Notes under the pieces: model-generated | What the model was told of the DNA's origin: nothing | Databases searched by the model: none | Seen by the model: only the letters and a program-made list of their open reading frames with translations | Part shown: in pieces, positions 1 to 9,172 of the stretch | How the letters are laid out: each line of letters opens with the position of its first letter | How positions within the stretch are numbered: the stretch's first letter is position 1 | Translations under genes and position numbers: made by a program | Assembly: GCA_028686075.1 (NCBI GenBank) | Contig: JAQUCT010000001.1 | Span: forward strand, 9,953 to 73,952 | From: Bacillota bacterium | GTDB lineage: Bacteria; Bacillota; Clostridia; Ch29 | DNA: 64,000 nt | Direction of reading: 5' to 3'

Positions 1-346
1 TAACCGCCAGCACTCCGAAGTTTAAGATTAGGCAAAGCAATAGCCATTTCCGCTGCTGCGATTTTACTAAAGCCCGGTAGGCCTTTCTCTCCTCCCGGGA
101 TAACCGGCCGCTGTTTGCTGCCAGAAATAAGGCCTGGTTTTTTTGAATAGCATCTATTTTAACCGCTACCATGTAAGTTGAAAGGGAGGTAAAAAATATG
201 TACAGCAGGTTTTCCGGCCCCGAAAAGTAATAGAACAGATAGCTGGCCCCAAGGAGCAACTTCCACTGGTGCCTCCTGGGAATCAGATAGTAAACAACAA
301 ACAATACAGTAATAAATAGTATGAATCCGTACGATGCAAAAAGCAT
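1..346 (-). CDS. dltB: MBOAT-family membrane O-acyltransferase (DltB-like), N-terminal portion; gene continues beyond the left edge of the window
   Basis: Reverse-strand translation from ATG (complement of 344..346) gives MLFASYGFILFITVLFVVYYLIPRRHQWKLLLGASYLFYYFSGPENLLYIF... with no stop before position 1. This hydrophobic N-terminus is typical of DltB/AlgI MBOAT proteins. It lies immediately downstream of dltA-like and dltC-like genes. It is absent from the ORF track because it is truncated by the window edge. Confidence 0.7.
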   Translation of the reverse strand, partial: MLFASYGFILFITVLFVVYYLIPRRHQWKLLLGASYLFYYFSGPENLLYIFFTSLSTYMVAVKIDAIQKNQALFLAANSGRLSREERKAYRALVKSQQRKWLLLCLILNFGVLAV

Positions 347-361
347 ATGCTCCCCCTGTTA

Positions 362-595
362 TCATTCGTCGGATAAGCGTTTAATCAAAGCGTACAAGGC
401 TTTGGCGGAATTGAAGTTCTCCGGCACTATTTCCTCCGCCGGTATGTTTACATCATACTCGCTGCTTATCTCAGCTATTATGGTAATTATATCGAAGGAA
501 TCCAGTACGTTGTCATCTATCAGGGTGTCACAGTTTTCAAAGTCCACTTCGGGATGCAGTTCCTTCAGTATTTCCAGCAGGGTTTCCATGTTCAT
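362..595 (-). CDS. dltC: D-alanyl carrier protein (acyl-carrier-like, DltC-type)
   Basis: 77 aa with carrier-protein fold and phosphopantetheine-attachment motif (LDSFD). RBS AAGGAGA is upstream of ATG at 595. The start overlaps the upstream adenylase stop as ATGA (translational coupling). Confidence 0.8.
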   Translation of the reverse strand: MNMETLLEILKELHPEVDFENCDTLIDDNVLDSFDIITIIAEISSEYDVNIPAEEIVPENFNSAKALYALIKRLSDE

Positions 596-2115
596 TTCTC
601 CTTCTTTTTGGCATTTATTTGTTCCTTCAAAGATTTACGGTCAATCTTGCCGTTGGTGGTTAATGGCATAACCTCCAGTACCTCAATTCTGTTTGGCAGC
701 ATATACCTGGGTAGCCTCTCCCTTAAGGTGGCGGCCACTTCCTTTTCGCTTGCCTCGCCCACAAAAAAGAGTACAATCTTTTTGCCTTCCTCGTCGTAAA
801 CGCAGCACGCGCTCTTAATGCCCTCTATCATGTTAACATTAACTTCAATCTCCCCCAGCTCCACGCGGTGACCCATATGCTTTATCTGGTGGTCCTTGCG
901 GGAGACAAATACCAGTTCTCCCCTGTCATTGTACCTGCCAAGGTCTCCGGTCCTGTAAATGTTCTCCGGGTAGGCATTGTTTAAGGGGTTTTGTACAAAA
1001 ACTTCGTACGTCTTGTCAAAGGCCTTGTAATAGCCCAGCGTAAGGGACGTACCCCTTACACAGATCTCTCCTAATTCGCCCCGGGCCGGGACCCTGTTGT
1101 TTTGGTCCAGAAGTATTATTTCGGTATTCTTAAAGGGCCTTCCTATAGGCAGCACCTCACCCTCCTCAAAGGGGCGGTCCACCTTAAAATAACAGCACAT
1201 TCCCGTTGCTTCGGTTGGCCCGTACAAATTTATAAACTGTGCATCCGGCAGTGCCCTTCGCCAGAGGTTGAACTGTTTTATCGGGAACACTTCGCTGCCA
1301 AAGGCTATGGTGCGTAAGCACTCCGGCTTTGTTTTGTCAAGGGTCCCCAAAGCGGATATCATGGTAAGGGCGGGCACCACCCAGCACACCGTATTTATTT
1401 GGTACCGGTTCAAAAACTCCACCAGCTTAACCGGGAACATGAAAAGGTTTTTGGGAATTATGTATGTCGTTGCTCCCGCCTTTATCGTCGAATACAGTTC
1501 TTTAAGGCTTGCATCAAAACAAAAGGGAGTCTGGTTACCAAATACGGTATTTTGGTCAACGCCTAGGACCTCCGACAGACTCTCTATGTAATCAATAACC
1601 GAACGGTGGCATGCCACCACGCCCTTAGGTATCCCAGTAGACCCGGATGTGTATATTACGTATATGGGGTCGGTGTCTATGGCAGTTTCCCGGATACGGC
1701 CAAGGGCATCCTCATCGATGCTTGTTACGACCATTTCGTCGTAAATATAAACCTCACCACCAAAATGGAAGGTATCCATAACTTTTTTTGACGCCTGGTC
1801 ACAGATAATCGCTCTGGGGTTTAGATTATTCAGTATAAGCTGTATACGGAAACGGGGCATCTCCTCTTCGATGGGCACGTAAAAGTCCCCCCCGTACACC
1901 ACTCCAAAAAACGCCGCCACAGCCTCGGGGCACTTGTTCATGAACACCACCACCGGCTGTTTGTATACACCCTTTTTGCTCAAAAAAGTGCCAATCGCCC
2001 TTGCCTGATTATAAACCTCTCTGAAGGTTATACCCGTGCTTTCGTTAGCGTAGGCAATTTTATCGGGAAACTCTTGAACCGTCCGTTCCAGGTATTCCAA
2101 TACGTTGTACTGCAT
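592..2115 (-). CDS. dltA: D-alanine--D-alanyl carrier protein ligase (AMP-binding adenylation enzyme, DltA-like)
   Basis: AMP-binding core motif YTSGSTGIPKGV plus TGD and K motifs; about 507 aa from ATG at 2115 (MQYNVLEYLERT...) preceded by GGAGG. The ORF-track N-terminal extension to 2292 lacks an RBS and is probably not translated. Confidence 0.85.
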   Translation of the reverse strand: MQYNVLEYLERTVQEFPDKIAYANESTGITFREVYNQARAIGTFLSKKGVYKQPVVVFMNKCPEAVAAFFGVVYGGDFYVPIEEEMPRFRIQLILNNLNPRAIICDQASKKVMDTFHFGGEVYIYDEMVVTSIDEDALGRIRETAIDTDPIYVIYTSGSTGIPKGVVACHRSVIDYIESLSEVLGVDQNTVFGNQTPFCFDASLKELYSTIKAGATTYIIPKNLFMFPVKLVEFLNRYQINTVCWVVPALTMISALGTLDKTKPECLRTIAFGSEVFPIKQFNLWRRALPDAQFINLYGPTEATGMCCYFKVDRPFEEGEVLPIGRPFKNTEIILLDQNNRVPARGELGEICVRGTSLTLGYYKAFDKTYEVFVQNPLNNAYPENIYRTGDLGRYNDRGELVFVSRKDHQIKHMGHRVELGEIEVNVNMIEGIKSACCVYDEEGKKIVLFFVGEASEKEVAATLRERLPRYMLPNRIEVLEVMPLTTNGKIDRKSLKEQINAKKKEK

Positions 2116-2206
2116 AGCTACCTCCTTGCTCCAGGGTTTATGGTACTGCGCGGGTACGGCCCATGCCGTCCGGCTTATCACGGCTTGCTTGTATTGCCTG
2201 GCATCC

Positions 2207-3451
2207 CTACTCGGTTGGCGTTGCCGGGTATTTTGTCCTGTCCCACACATGACTGTTGTTATGTTTTTCGGAGTATTTCTCCAGCTCAACATCGGTTAGC
2301 ATGAAGAAATCGCCGCCGCCCCTTCTGGGGGTTGTATCAAAATGGTACCATCCGTCGCCTAAGTTTACCAGGTTCCAGTAATGGCCTCCCCCGGTCTTTG
2401 CAATGCGCTGGTTTTCAATATCTGCCCTTGTAAGCAGTGCCTGGGCCGTTGAATAGTATATAAAGCAGTCTCCCCTCCGGTTCTTAATGCCCTGGTAAGC
2501 TGCGCTCACCCAGTCGCCCATGTCCGGATAGTTAACATAGCCTATCTGGTGTTTGGTCCAGTTGTATATCGCCCTGGCCTTTTCGAGTTGGGTCATGTCT
2601 TCGGATATTATGTCTTTAAGAACCTCATCCAGAAGTGGGTTCAATTCTTCTTTGTCCACGTAATCCTCTGTCTTTTGCGCCACCGTGAACGTAACGGTTT
2701 TGACCGTCGTGTTTCCGGACACATCCGCAGCGGTGTATATGACAGGATAGGAACCTTCTTTTTTTAGGTTTACGGCACTGCTGATAATGTCGAGCTTTAC
2801 ATGCTCGTCCATGTTGTCGGTAACCGAAACGTCCCGCCTGTAGGAAACCCTGTCGCCTATGTAAACGGTCTGGTCATGGGCACCTATTATCCTGGGCGGT
2901 TCATTATCCTCCAGAACCGTGAGCAGAGCATTTTGTTCGGTAATATTGCCGCCTTGGTCCTCCAAAAGCACCGCTATCTCCTGGATGCCTATCCTTTTAA
3001 AATCCGGCTCATTGGCAAAGGATACCGAGACCTCCGTTGAGTCAACAATATCGGTTACAAAGTCCCCGGCCTTGAGAACCCTTCCGGAGGGAACTGTCCT
3101 GTCTACGGGTCGGGCCAAAGGTGCGATGGTATCCGTAATCTCCAGTGTGGATTTATAGGTTCTGCCACCTACCCGCACTTCAATATTATAAACCCCGGGA
3201 ACATTCATATCAACCGTATTCGGGTCGGTAACGAAGTCGCCGGTAATATTTTCATCCCTAATAAACCGGGAAACGTCTGGTATGGGCTCTCCCGCCTCTA
3301 TTGTAACAGTATCATGCAATTTGTTAAGGGAAACCATCCCTGCCAAAACCCCTACCGCCACAAAGACAGCAAACAGTATCATAAGGTGTGCTAATTTAAC
3401 CCCATCCGCCCTTTCCTGCATACGGATTGCGCCCCCTTTTTCAAACCCCAT
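2207..3451 (-). CDS. Membrane-anchored transglutaminase-like cysteine protease domain protein with Ig-like repeats
   Basis: N-terminal TM helix (LMILFAVFVAVGVLAGMV), repeated beta-rich segments, and a C-terminal transglutaminase-like core (GDCF ... H ... D). Alternative start at 3421 (MQERADG). Confidence 0.65.
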   Translation of the reverse strand: MGFEKGGAIRMQERADGVKLAHLMILFAVFVAVGVLAGMVSLNKLHDTVTIEAGEPIPDVSRFIRDENITGDFVTDPNTVDMNVPGVYNIEVRVGGRTYKSTLEITDTIAPLARPVDRTVPSGRVLKAGDFVTDIVDSTEVSVSFANEPDFKRIGIQEIAVLLEDQGGNITEQNALLTVLEDNEPPRIIGAHDQTVYIGDRVSYRRDVSVTDNMDEHVKLDIISSAVNLKKEGSYPVIYTAADVSGNTTVKTVTFTVAQKTEDYVDKEELNPLLDEVLKDIISEDMTQLEKARAIYNWTKHQIGYVNYPDMGDWVSAAYQGIKNRRGDCFIYYSTAQALLTRADIENQRIAKTGGGHYWNLVNLGDGWYHFDTTPRRGGGDFFMLTDVELEKYSEKHNNSHVWDRTKYPATPTE

Positions 3452-3750
3452 GGTCGAAAAATAAGCTGCATGTCTTTGCAGCGTTTTAGACCTTTTTATG
3501 GAAACATTATTTATTACATATTAATACCAATAATAATTAATGTCAAGAGGTGCTTAGTCTGACAATACAATTAACGAATAGAACCATGAAACTCTGGCTG
3601 AAAAGGCTTTTGCATATCTTTTAATTTTTATGCAAAAATGGTGGAGTAAATAGGATAAAATAATTTACATCATAACAACTTATAGTAAAAAGGTGTTTTT
3701 ATACAGGTATCATTAATGCATTTGTTAGGCAAGACGACTTGCTGTACAGC

Positions 3751-4998
3751 TTACTTGTCCATATTCTTTGCGACATACAGCAATCGGTATGGGGGTGTTC
3801 CAGAAACCTTAATAGCACTTGTTCTGCTTGTCTCCCATACATCCCGTATCTTAAATGCATTTAACACATGATAGCCTAAACTGCTGAGTCTCTTTGTGAA
3901 TAAACCGGGATTAAAATATTCGATTGATTTGCTGGATACGTTAGGATGGATCTCTCTCAATGCATTTACATAAGTCTGGTTAGGCATGATTATTACTATC
4001 CCGTGGACACGGGCATTACTATTTAAATATGGTTTAATAAGTTCGGGTAAAAACGAATCCTCTGTTTCATTATGCTCGTTTGAATCTATGTAATCAACCC
4101 ATAAATCAATACTTTTTTTCTTGATAGGGTATTTGTCAGGCTTACACACAAGGAAAAGTGCTTTATGATTAAGGCCCTTTTTTTCGATTTGGGATTTATA
4201 AAACCTAATGACCTCCGGATATCTTTCCGCAATAATAAAATGGTTGTCCTCGTTAAAATATTCTATGTTTTTTAACAAGAAAAACCAGCGCTTAATATTA
4301 GTCTCAAGTATTACTTTATTATGATATTCTTTCTCGGACAGAAGATTTGATAATAGCTGTTTTTCATCTTGTTTCAATACGGTTATCGTCTTTGCATCAT
4401 ATTCTTCAAGAAGCGTATTAGATATATCGAATAATGTTGTATCGTAAATATGGGAAACCGGATCCACAAAAAGAATACCGTCTTGTATCTCAAGCCTATT
4501 CCCACAATTACATAATAATTCACCTGAAATAATCTCTCCGTTTTTAATTGTAGCACCTTTTATAACAAAATCACATTCACAGACAGGACAATTTAAAAGC
4601 TTCAAAAAAGTCAGGGGAATACCAGAAATATCTGTTGGATTACTACTAATATGCTTTGTTTCCAATATTATTTTCTTCAATCGGTCTATTGCTGTATCTA
4701 TACTGTTGCGCTGGGATACAAGGCTATTATATTTATTGCTCAGTAGTTTTACTACCTTTTTCGTTTCTCGCGGCATATTGCTGTACGAAACCCTTTCCAC
4801 TGATAAAATATCATGAATTTCCTTCAGACTAAAATACATATCTTTATAGCTTAATATCAATTTAAGCTCCTCAACATCTTTATCCGTAAAGTGATGGTGA
4901 TAGTTTTTTCGTTCAGGAACTAGAAGTCCTATCTCTATATAGTACCGAATAGTTGCAACAGAAAGACCCAGCAATTTTGAAACTTCACCTATTTTCAC
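3751..4998 (-). CDS. MerR-family HTH transcriptional regulator fused to a Cys4 zinc ribbon and an uncharacterised C-terminal domain
   Basis: N-terminal MerR HTH (KIGEVSKLLGLSVATIRYYIEIGLL), a coiled-coil segment, then CPVCEC...CNCGN zinc ribbon and about 250 aa of unknown domain. Probable start is GTG at 4998 (MKIGEV..., RBS GGTGA); the ORF track extends to 5019. The gene is very AT-rich. Confidence 0.6.
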   Translation of the reverse strand: MKIGEVSKLLGLSVATIRYYIEIGLLVPERKNYHHHFTDKDVEELKLILSYKDMYFSLKEIHDILSVERVSYSNMPRETKKVVKLLSNKYNSLVSQRNSIDTAIDRLKKIILETKHISSNPTDISGIPLTFLKLLNCPVCECDFVIKGATIKNGEIISGELLCNCGNRLEIQDGILFVDPVSHIYDTTLFDISNTLLEEYDAKTITVLKQDEKQLLSNLLSEKEYHNKVILETNIKRWFFLLKNIEYFNEDNHFIIAERYPEVIRFYKSQIEKKGLNHKALFLVCKPDKYPIKKKSIDLWVDYIDSNEHNETEDSFLPELIKPYLNSNARVHGIVIIMPNQTYVNALREIHPNVSSKSIEYFNPGLFTKRLSSLGYHVLNAFKIRDVWETSRTSAIKVSGTPPYRLLYVAKNMDK

Positions 4999-5393
4999 TA
5001 TATACTTCACCCCTTGCACAATTAATGTACGCTCTTGCCAACTTAGAGAGTTTCATAATAAATAAATATAGCCTGGGGTTAACATCTCAACCTTTTATGA
5101 TACCCTCTCACGCTTTCGCTTGCTGCATTCGCAACTCGCGATATGTATTATTATATCATAAAAATGAGCTCAATCCCAGCATTTATAAGGGTTTTGCCCC
5201 TGTTCAGCAAGCCCCTGCTTATAATACAAAACATTTCATGAAAAAGTAAAGTTAACTTGAGTTAAGTGGTAAGGATACCAATTTTACAGTATTGATCTCA
5301 AGCTGAGTTGTAAGTATATAATTCTAAGTAGGAGTAGTAGCAATTATCAATGTATAAGGTCAAAAATTATATTATGAGAGGAGACTAAGAATT

Positions 5394-6818
5394 ATGGGAA
5401 CTTTCTCGTCCGAGGCACTTTTGTTGATAATGTTAAGTACAGTTGTTGTTATCACAATCGGTGGTTTCATTGCAGTTTACTTTAAAAAAAAGACTGTGTC
5501 AAGTGAAGATTGGGCTATTGGTGGGAGAAAACTTCCGCCTTATGTAATCGTTTTTACACAGTTTGCAACTTTGGTTGGCGGAGGCGTACTCGTAGGTCAT
5601 GTTGGAATTGGGTATAATTTTGGACTTGCACCTATTATGTACGGTATATGTGGAGCTGCCGGGTGTTTTTTTATGGCGATCATAGCAAAATGGCTAAGGG
5701 AAAATGAATTTACTACTATTCCTGATATTTTGAAAAAGATTTATGGAGAAGATAACTTTTTATTGGTTTTTGCAGCTTTAATGGCAATGGTGGTTCCTTT
5801 TGGATGGATAGCCTCACAAATAACAGCATTTGGTAAATTGTATTCTTCAATAACCGGAATTGGTATGAATATTATTATTGTTGCTGTGGCATTAATATGT
5901 GTGTTGTTTACATTACCGTCAGGCTTTAACTCAGTTGCCTGGTCAGATTTTGTGTTTGGAGTTGTAATGTTAGGATTATGCGGCATAACAGCTTTCCAAG
6001 CAGTCCATATGGGAGGGGGATGGACTGATATAGTCAGTAACATACAGGACAAAACAATTATATCCTTTCCCGAAGGCCTTTTGTCTGCAGGCTTAACTAC
6101 AACGCTCCTCTGGTTTATTGCAGCAACTCCCGGAATGATGACAAACCAAATGACCCTGCAAAGAGTTTGTGCTGCAGACACAGTCAAAAATGCCCGAAGA
6201 ACATTAATAATCAGCGGAATTCTCATTGCCGCACTGGAAATTTGGGTTGTAGTTATGGGTGTATCTATCCGATCGTTAAATCCTGACTTGACAGGAGAGA
6301 TGGCGATGGGATGGTTTTTAACAACAATCCCTAAATGGACAGTCGCATTATTTGCAGGGTTTATTTCCACAACAATCATTACTACAGCCGATAGTGCTTT
6401 ACAGTCTGTTGCAGTGAATTTCACTCAAGATATCTATAAAAAACACATTAATGTGGGGGCATCAGACAAAAAATTGATGAGCGTTTCTCGAAAGGCAACG
6501 GTTATTGTAGCCATCTTGGCAATAATGTTGGCTATCGCCTTCCCAAGAGTGATGGACTTAATAATTGCCTCATATGCATATTCTGCGTCCGCATTACTTG
6601 TTCCCATTTATGCCGGCTATGCTTACAGCAAAAGAAGAACTCTTACGACAAAGGTGGGGAAGAACAGTATGATCGCGGGCCTTGTTGGATGTTTTATTGC
6701 TCAGATGCTGCACACTAGAATACCATATGCTATATATGGAATCCTAGTATCATATGTTGTTATGATAATAACAATAAAAGCTAATGAAAGTAAAAAACTC
6801 AGTACTGGAGGAAAATAA
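5394..6818 (+). CDS. Sodium:solute symporter (SSS family, PutP/PanF-like) transporter
   Basis: 474 aa, about 13 predicted TM helices, with the conserved SSS N-terminal region (DWAIGGRKLPPYV..., GGGVLVG). RBS GAGGAGA precedes ATG 5394. Confidence 0.8.
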   Translation: MGTFSSEALLLIMLSTVVVITIGGFIAVYFKKKTVSSEDWAIGGRKLPPYVIVFTQFATLVGGGVLVGHVGIGYNFGLAPIMYGICGAAGCFFMAIIAKWLRENEFTTIPDILKKIYGEDNFLLVFAALMAMVVPFGWIASQITAFGKLYSSITGIGMNIIIVAVALICVLFTLPSGFNSVAWSDFVFGVVMLGLCGITAFQAVHMGGGWTDIVSNIQDKTIISFPEGLLSAGLTTTLLWFIAATPGMMTNQMTLQRVCAADTVKNARRTLIISGILIAALEIWVVVMGVSIRSLNPDLTGEMAMGWFLTTIPKWTVALFAGFISTTIITTADSALQSVAVNFTQDIYKKHINVGASDKKLMSVSRKATVIVAILAIMLAIAFPRVMDLIIASYAYSASALLVPIYAGYAYSKRRTLTTKVGKNSMIAGLVGCFIAQMLHTRIPYAIYGILVSYVVMIITIKANESKKLSTGGK

Positions 6819-6819
6819 A

Positions 6820-7827
6820 ATGAAGACCATTCTATTGAGTGAAAAAGATATTAAAAAACTAATTACCATGCGAGAGGCTATTGATATTACCAACAAAACC
6901 TTTGCTGATTTGGGGAAAGGTAATACTCTCAACCCGACTAAGCTTAATCTTAATTTAGGTGACAGTGAACCTACTAAACTTCCCTATAAAGCGTCATTAA
7001 ACGCGATGCCTGCTTATATTGGATGGCAGGATATTGCAGGGATGAAATGGGCAGGGGGTTTCGGCAAAGGAAGGAAAGAAATTAATATGCCGTTTATCAA
7101 TGCCCTTATTTTGCTTGTCGAACCTAACTATGGTGACTTTCTTGCAGTAATGGACGGTACTTGGATAACTAAAGTGCGTACCGGAGCCCAGTCAGCGGCA
7201 ATACTCAGGTATTTATTAAAAGACAAGAAAAAAGCAACCTTTGGTATGTACGGTGCTGGGGTACAAGCCCGTACTCAGACCATGGCACTTACAAGTGAGT
7301 TCTATGTTGAAAAGCTGATTGTCTATGATCCAGTTTTAGAAGCAGCAAATAAGTTTAAGGAAGATATGAATAGTTATGTGCAAGGAGAGATAGTGATTGT
7401 GAATGAACCCAAAGATGTAGTGGAAAGTGATGCTTTCATATCCATAACTCCGGCTGACGATGCTTTTATTAAAGGAGAATGGTTATACAAGGGAAGTATT
7501 TATCTTGCCATGGGTTCGTACCAAGAATGTGATGATGTATGTATTTTAGATTCCGACATTATTATAGTTGACCACATCGGCCAGTGTCTGCATCGGGGGA
7601 ATCTCAAGAAACTCGCTGATCAAGGCAAGATTACAGAAAAAGACATATACTGCACGATCGGCGAACTTGCTGCAGGTTTAAAATCTGTCCAAAACTTAAA
7701 TGACAAAAAAACATTAATAGTCCCAATCGGTATGGGATGCCTAGATGTTGCAGTTGCGGCAGTTGCATATAGAAAAGCGTTGTCTTTAGGCGTGGGCAAT
7801 ACTTTTATGTTTGACCAAGTTGACTAG
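6820..7827 (+). CDS. Ornithine cyclodeaminase / mu-crystallin family NAD(P)-dependent enzyme
   Basis: OCD family signatures (TKVRTGA, Rossmann GMYGAGVQA); about 335 aa from ATG 6820 preceded by GGAGG. The ORF-track start at 6784 overlaps the transporter stop and is unlikely. Confidence 0.8.
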   Translation: MKTILLSEKDIKKLITMREAIDITNKTFADLGKGNTLNPTKLNLNLGDSEPTKLPYKASLNAMPAYIGWQDIAGMKWAGGFGKGRKEINMPFINALILLVEPNYGDFLAVMDGTWITKVRTGAQSAAILRYLLKDKKKATFGMYGAGVQARTQTMALTSEFYVEKLIVYDPVLEAANKFKEDMNSYVQGEIVIVNEPKDVVESDAFISITPADDAFIKGEWLYKGSIYLAMGSYQECDDVCILDSDIIIVDHIGQCLHRGNLKKLADQGKITEKDIYCTIGELAAGLKSVQNLNDKKTLIVPIGMGCLDVAVAAVAYRKALSLGVGNTFMFDQVD

Positions 7828-8098
7828 GAATAAGTTTTTTAATAGTCAGTTAGCCTTGTTAAGCTATGAAGGGTAATGACAAGCCCAGTTGCGGTTATTT
7901 AGAAATAAAGACCATACAGTAATGTGCTTTAAAGGGAGGCCCTAAGACGGAGAAAGATTTTACGCATTCGCTATAGTTGCGATGATTAAACTAGATGCGC
8001 AAAGTACTCAGAATCATTAAATCTTATATAAGGGCCATCCCTTTAAATGCACTGGCTTATGCCTTGTATGAATTCTAAAGGGAGTGGAGTGAATCTTT

Positions 8099-9172
8099 GT
8101 GGGTAAAATGATTTCAATTATTGGAGCAGGTAACGGCGGTCAAGCTTTTGCCGGATATTTGTCTTTGCAAGACTGGAAGGTTAAACTATATGACATATCA
8201 CAAGAAACAGTAGATATATTAAATAAAAAAGGCGGAATTCATATCGAAGGAAGTGCTAATGTAGAAGGTTTTGGAGAAATACTGCTTGCCAGCACCGATA
8301 TTGGTGAAGTAATTAACGGGACAAAAATAATTTTAGTTACTTTACCTTCTATATATCACAAAGAAATTGCCAGAAAAATAGCTCCATATCTAGTTGATGG
8401 GCAATTTATCATGCTCAATCCTTGTACTGCCCTCGGTGCCGTTGAATTTCGCAAAGAATTGAATGATTGTACTTGCACTGCTGATATACTTCTTGGGTGT
8501 ACATCTACTCTGTTGTTTGCCTGTCGTGCAATAGAAATAGGCCGTGTTATAGTTGCCGGGCAGAAAGCAAGCATTACTGCATCAACCTATCCTTCCTGCA
8601 ATAATGCTATTGCAGCTAAAATATTCAAAGATATAATTCCTCAGGCACAGTTTTGTGGTGACATAATACAAATTGGCCTTGATAATATTGGGGCATTGGT
8701 ACACCCCGGCCCAACCATTCTAAACACGGGCAGAATCGAATCGGGAACCGAGTTTGAATATTATTTGGATATTACTCCAACTCAAGGCTTGCTGGTTGAC
8801 AGATTGGATGAAGAACGAATGGCGATTGCCCGGGCATTTGGATTGACTGTAAAATCTTTGGTGGATATATATGAGGCATTATATCAAATTAAAGGAAAAA
8901 ATGTTTATGAAGTACTTACCGGCTGTGATGCATATAATGGTATCAAAGGGCCCACAACACTTCGTACACGTTATCTTCTGGAAGATGTGCCTTATGGTCT
9001 TTGCGCGTTTCAGACTTTGGGAATTATTGCAGGTGTACCAACTCCATGCATTGATGCATTAATTACACTGGCGAGAAAAATAATACCTGAAATGGAGGAA
9101 GGTAGAACCCCAGAAAATCTTGGACTGGAAGGCGTATCAAAAGAAGAGTTCATTAAATCATGCCGTTCCTAA
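8099..9172 (+). CDS. Opine dehydrogenase (NAD/NADP octopine/nopaline dehydrogenase family; N-(1-D-carboxyethyl)-L-norvaline dehydrogenase homologue)
   Basis: Collinear similarity to Arthrobacter opine dehydrogenase over the whole length (IIGAGNGGQAFAGYL, LNPCTALGAVEFRK, HPGPTILNTGRIESGTEFEYYLDITP, DEERMAIARAFGL, GIKGPTTLRTRYLLEDVPYGL, GVPTPCIDALI). GTG start at 8099 with GGAGTGGAG RBS; an alternative ATG lies at 8108. Confidence 0.85.
   Translation: MGKMISIIGAGNGGQAFAGYLSLQDWKVKLYDISQETVDILNKKGGIHIEGSANVEGFGEILLASTDIGEVINGTKIILVTLPSIYHKEIARKIAPYLVDGQFIMLNPCTALGAVEFRKELNDCTCTADILLGCTSTLLFACRAIEIGRVIVAGQKASITASTYPSCNNAIAAKIFKDIIPQAQFCGDIIQIGLDNIGALVHPGPTILNTGRIESGTEFEYYLDITPTQGLLVDRLDEERMAIARAFGLTVKSLVDIYEALYQIKGKNVYEVLTGCDAYNGIKGPTTLRTRYLLEDVPYGLCAFQTLGIIAGVPTPCIDALITLARKIIPEMEEGRTPENLGLEGVSKEEFIKSCRS

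Noticed and set aside
159-365. 68-aa ORF on the minus strand at the left end
   Set aside because: It overlaps, out of frame, the true N-terminus of the MBOAT (DltB-like) gene that begins at 346 and runs off the window. The MBOAT frame gives a canonical hydrophobic MBOAT N-terminus, while this ORF has no RBS and an odd composition.
4953-5249. 98-aa plus-strand ORF in the divergent MerR/symporter promoter region
   Set aside because: Overlaps the MerR-like gene N-terminus antisense and continues into AT-rich intergenic DNA. No RBS. More likely promoter/operator DNA.
5741-6424. 227-aa antisense ORF inside the SSS transporter gene
   Set aside because: Opposite strand of a well-supported membrane transporter gene; a typical shadow ORF in AT-rich coding DNA.
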